64,000 nucleotides of DNA from Heteronotia binoei (Eukaryota). How positions within the stretch are numbered: position 1 is the first letter of the stretch; each line of letters opens with the position of its first letter. Positions 60,384 to 64,000 of the stretch are shown piece by piece. The translations under genes and the position numbers were made by a program. The notes beneath the pieces were generated by a model. The model saw only the letters and a list, made by a program, of their open reading frames with translations, searched no databases and was not told the DNA's origin. The stretch lies in the NCBI RefSeq assembly GCF_032191835.1, contig NC_083225.1:182218001-182282000 (forward strand). The letters are read 5' to 3'.

Positions 60384-60597
60384 CTAACTCCCAATAGTTA
60401 TACAAGTTTAAAACTCCCTAAGTTTCCCAAGGCATTTATTGCATATGCCTGCCTGCATTAGGACATTTTGTGCCTGCCTGCATTAGGACTGGTTCATATT
60501 AATCACCTTTACAGACTTATTCAAGGGTATGGGGATTACCTCTATTTCAGACTAGGTTTTTAGAATTAGGACATCCAGTACAGTGCAATTGCATGTT

Positions 60598-60930
60598 TTA
60601 TTTTTATTTTATTCATTTAATTTATTTTGTTTATATCCCGCCCTCCCCGACGAAGCAAGCTCAGGGCGGCTCGCAACAACAAAATAAAGCGATCCATTTA
60701 AAAATAACATGGCATTAATAGGACAATTTGAAAATCAATCATTCAAACGATCCTTAAAACAATCTGGTGCTGATATCATATGTCGTCGTTTCACTTCTGA
60801 TGGCTTCAGTATTCTTACATTTACTCCCACAATACGATAACTCTAGATCAGTTAAAGGCTAGCCGGAAGAGTGTGGTTTTACAGGCCTTCCGGAACCGGG
60901 AGAGGTCCCGCAAGGCCCTCACATCCTCCA
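60598..60930 (-). mobile_element. L2-type LINE 3' end
   Basis: (TTTA)n tail followed by atatcccgccctcccc...ctcagggcggctc. Confidence 0.6.
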
Positions 60931-61429
60931 GTACCGTAGTTGATTTCACCTGTACGGGGCTGCTAAGTTATGTGCCACTAGGTGGCGAGTATTAACCTTA
61001 TTTATGTCCCGCCTTTGGGGACCCAAAGCATCTTAGATCATTCTCCTCACCTCCGCGTTATCCTCACAACAACCCTGAGAGGCAGGTTAGGCAGAGTATG
61101 TGTGACTGGCCCAAGGTCACCCAGCAAGCATCCATGGCACAAGCGGGGATTTGAACCTGAGTCTTCCAGGGCTGTCTGAGATTTCAGGGGGCTGCTGGTG
61201 ACGGAACGGGCTTTCGAGTCATAGCCGACTTACAGCAGCTCGTAGGGCTTTCGAGGCAGGAGAGGTTCAGAGGTGGTTTGCCCTTGCCTGCCTCTGCTTA
61301 GCGATCTTGGGCTTCCCTGCAGAAGAACGAATCAAGGCTGTCACTGCTTAGCGTCTGGGATGTGACAAGACGGGGCTCGCCTCAGCCATCCAGGTTGCAG
61401 CAAGGGAGTCACTAGCAGTCAGTATAAAG

Positions 61430-61643
61430 CAGAGGTGGCCAAACTTGCTTAATGTAAGAGCCGCATAGAACAAACATCAGAGAACCGCAAGACGTGGATG
61501 TCGGATGTTTGAGAGCTGGAAGGAAGGTGTATAGATGGGGCAGAGATGGGGAGATGGAAAGAAAGCAACTTTAAATGCATTCTCCAAGCTGCTGGCTGGT
61601 TTGGAGAAATGATTTAAAGAGAGCCACAGTTTGGCCACCCCTG
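61430..61643. mobile_element. hAT MITE (CAGGGGTGGCCAAAC family)
   Basis: Perfect TSD gtataaag (61422-61429, 61644-61651). Confidence 0.85.
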
Positions 61644-61917
61644 GTATAAAGAGTGGGACTGATAGGTCTAGTGGGACTGATAATCTGACTCTATATGTGA
61701 GGTAGGTTCATTCATTCATTTATACATTTCTATCCTGCCCTAGCTCGCGGTTTGAGGCAGCGTAAAACAGCAGTGGAAGACATTTCCATTTAAAACCAGG
61801 ATAAAATAGCCAATTCCAAATCTCTCCCTCTCTGCTCCCCTTAAAGATGCCTGTCAAATCTCCTCGAAAGCTCCGGCAGTACCTACGGAAAAGAAGAACA
61901 TCAGAGAAACATTAGGG

Positions 61918-62395
61918 GAGGGACGGTGGCTCAGTGGTAGAGCATCTGCTTGGTAAGCAGAAGGTCCCAGGTTCAATCCCCAGCATCTCCAACTAAAAAG
62001 GGTCCAGGAAAATAGGTGTGAAAAACCTCAGCTTGAGATCCTGGAGAGCCGCTGCCAGTCTGGGTAGACAAGACTGACTGTGATGGTCCGAGAGTCTGAT
62101 TCAGTAGAAGGCAGCTTCATATGTTCATAAACCATGTTCGGGGAGGCCAATGGCCCACCCAGTCCAACACTCTGTGTCACATGGTGGCCAAGCCCCAGGT
62201 GCCAGCAGGAGATCCACCAGAGGGGCCAGAACTCCAGAAGCCCTCCCACTGTGGCCTCCCCAAGCACCAAGAAGACAGAGCATCACTGCCGCAGACATAG
62301 AGTTCCAACTTGTGATCAATAGCCACTGATGGACCTCTGCTCCATATGCATATCCAGTCCCCTCTTGAAGCTGTCTATGCCTGTAGCTGCCCCCA
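61918..62395. mobile_element. Squam2-like SINE (61918-62128, plus) tail-to-tail with a CR1 3' fragment (62130-62395, minus)
   Basis: The SINE tail atatgttcata abuts aaccatgttcgggga...ccagtccaacactctgtgtcac. Confidence 0.75.
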
Positions 62396-62576
62396 GTCCC
62401 TACTAAAGATCTCCAAGGAGTGGAACCCACCCTCACATCTTCACCCTGACCTCTTCCGAGAACCCATTCTGCAGAGCCACAGCCGTGACGGAAAAGACCC
62501 AGGCTCTGGTTGATGCCACACTGGCCACTCTCAGTGGCAGAATAGCCAACAGATGACTGGCTGACTACTATAGTTG

Positions 62577-62637
62577 TAGAGATCATAACCAGCATGCTTT
62601 AGAGATCATAACCAGGGCTTTAGAGATCATAACCAGC
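62577..62637. repeat. Short tandem repeat, 21-23 bp x3
   Basis: tagagatcataaccag at 62577, 62600 and 62621. Confidence 0.85.
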
Positions 62638-63349
62638 ACGCGTTCCTTCTTGCTTGTAAAATGGAGGGTTAGCGATGATAGATATGTGCCTTCGACCTAT
62701 AACGCCCAGAGCTGGGGTAACAGCAGCATTAAAAAAACACCTTTTAAAGGAATATTTCAGTGAACGTTGCGGTTTCTCTCCGTTGGTGGTATGAACACCA
62801 GTCATTTTTCACAGTCCTTACAACTTTGCATTGTTGTGATGGTGTCTGGTCCATTACATTCCTGGTGGAACGCAGAAACAGTAGTGCTGAGTCGCCGTAA
62901 TTGCTGTCCGGCGTTGTGGACCTGGACTTGAAACCACAGGAAAAGAATTCTTAGGCTAGCATTTCTCATGCTGGTGCGGAGGTCAGGGCCTTTTGCTGGA
63001 ATGCTGCTGTCTTTTAAATAGTGATAGTTTATCACTGCATGTAAGCGTGGGGAAAACACTATCGCCATTTGCTTACCCCCAAAATGTCTCCTGCAGAGGG
63101 GACGTGGAGAGCATTTGTGTTCTGCTGAAGAGCTCACGAGGCCTCATGAGATATTCACCATCACCATCATCTTATTATCATTATTGACTTTACTTCTATC
63201 CCCAATGGGGACCCAAAGGTGCTTAAATAATTCTCCTTCATTTTATCCTCACAACAACCCTGTGAAGTAGGTTAGGCTGAGAGCGTGTGACTGGCCCAAG
63301 CTGCCATGGTAGAGTGGGGATTTGAACCTGGGTTTCTCAGATCCTAGCC

Positions 63350-63694
63350 CAAGGGTGGCCAAACTGTGGCTCAGGAGCCATATCTGACTCTTTCACACAT
63401 ATTGTGAGGCTCTCAAAGCCCCTACTGCCTCATTGGCAAGCTTGGAGAAGGCATTCTCCCTTTAAATCACTTCTCCAAGCCAAGCTAGCCAGCAGCTTGG
63501 AGAATGCATTTAAAATTAAAGTTGCTTTCTTTCCACCTCTCCCTCCATCCCCCCTCACCCATCTCCCTCCCTCCCTCCTTCTTTCCTTCCTTGTCGTGCA
63601 GCTCTCAAACATCAGATGCTCATGTCTTGTGGCTCCCAAACATCTAACATTTACTCTATGTGGCTCTTGCATTAAGCAAGTTTGGCCACCCCTG
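63350..63694. mobile_element. hAT MITE (CAGGGGTGGCCAAAC family) inserted in a MIR/Ther1-like SINE
   Basis: Both termini present. The host SINE resumes as tccaacactttaaccac. Confidence 0.75.
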
Positions 63695-64000
63695 TCCAAC
63701 ACTTTAACCACCACACCACCAGTTGTGGCAACTGCACACAGTCTTTTGTGTGTCTTTGTTTCCCGCTGAGACTTTTGTGGTTTGTCGTTCTGACCTGTAA
63801 TTGAATAGGAGCAGGCAACTGTCTACTGTTAATGTATACAATCTGACTCAAAGGAGATTTTTGGATATGGAACAGTATTTCAGGTTCGATATGCTGTCTG
63901 AATTCACCAACCGCAGTTTGTTGTGAAGCACTGCCCCTCTTCAGGGATGGTGTCCGTCTTCCTGGGAAGCAGGAGAGAGACAAGAAGCAGGCAAACTGGA

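Overview
Vertebrate genomic DNA from a squamate reptile, probably a gecko (inferred from the SINE content). The window holds the syntenic block SYTL2 (last two coding exons, +), CCDC89 (single-exon CDS, +), CREBZF/Zhangfei (single-exon CDS in a CpG island, +), a single TMEM126A-like gene (4 coding exons, 206 aa, -) and a CpG-island bidirectional promoter leading to the 5' end of DLG2 (+; first coding exon MPVKKK). The intervals are packed with CR1, L1, L2 and RTE LINE fragments, Sauria-, Squam3-, Squam2-like and 5S-derived SINEs, Penelope-type palindromic remnants, and several hAT MITE families with 8-bp TSDs, often nested. Most unusual observations: (i) 67-bp tandem arrays of the CR1 3' terminus with the same unit boundary at three loci, one bracketed by a 35-bp duplication of an older CR1 tail; (ii) a TSD-flanked ~0.9-kb RTE derivative joining the 5' UTR directly to the 3' end; (iii) degenerate minimal hammerhead cores; (iv) a candidate small exon in the CREBZF 3' UTR. 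There are no prokaryotic systems, CRISPR arrays or intact RNA genes. Gene and family names come from recalled homology, not from a database search.
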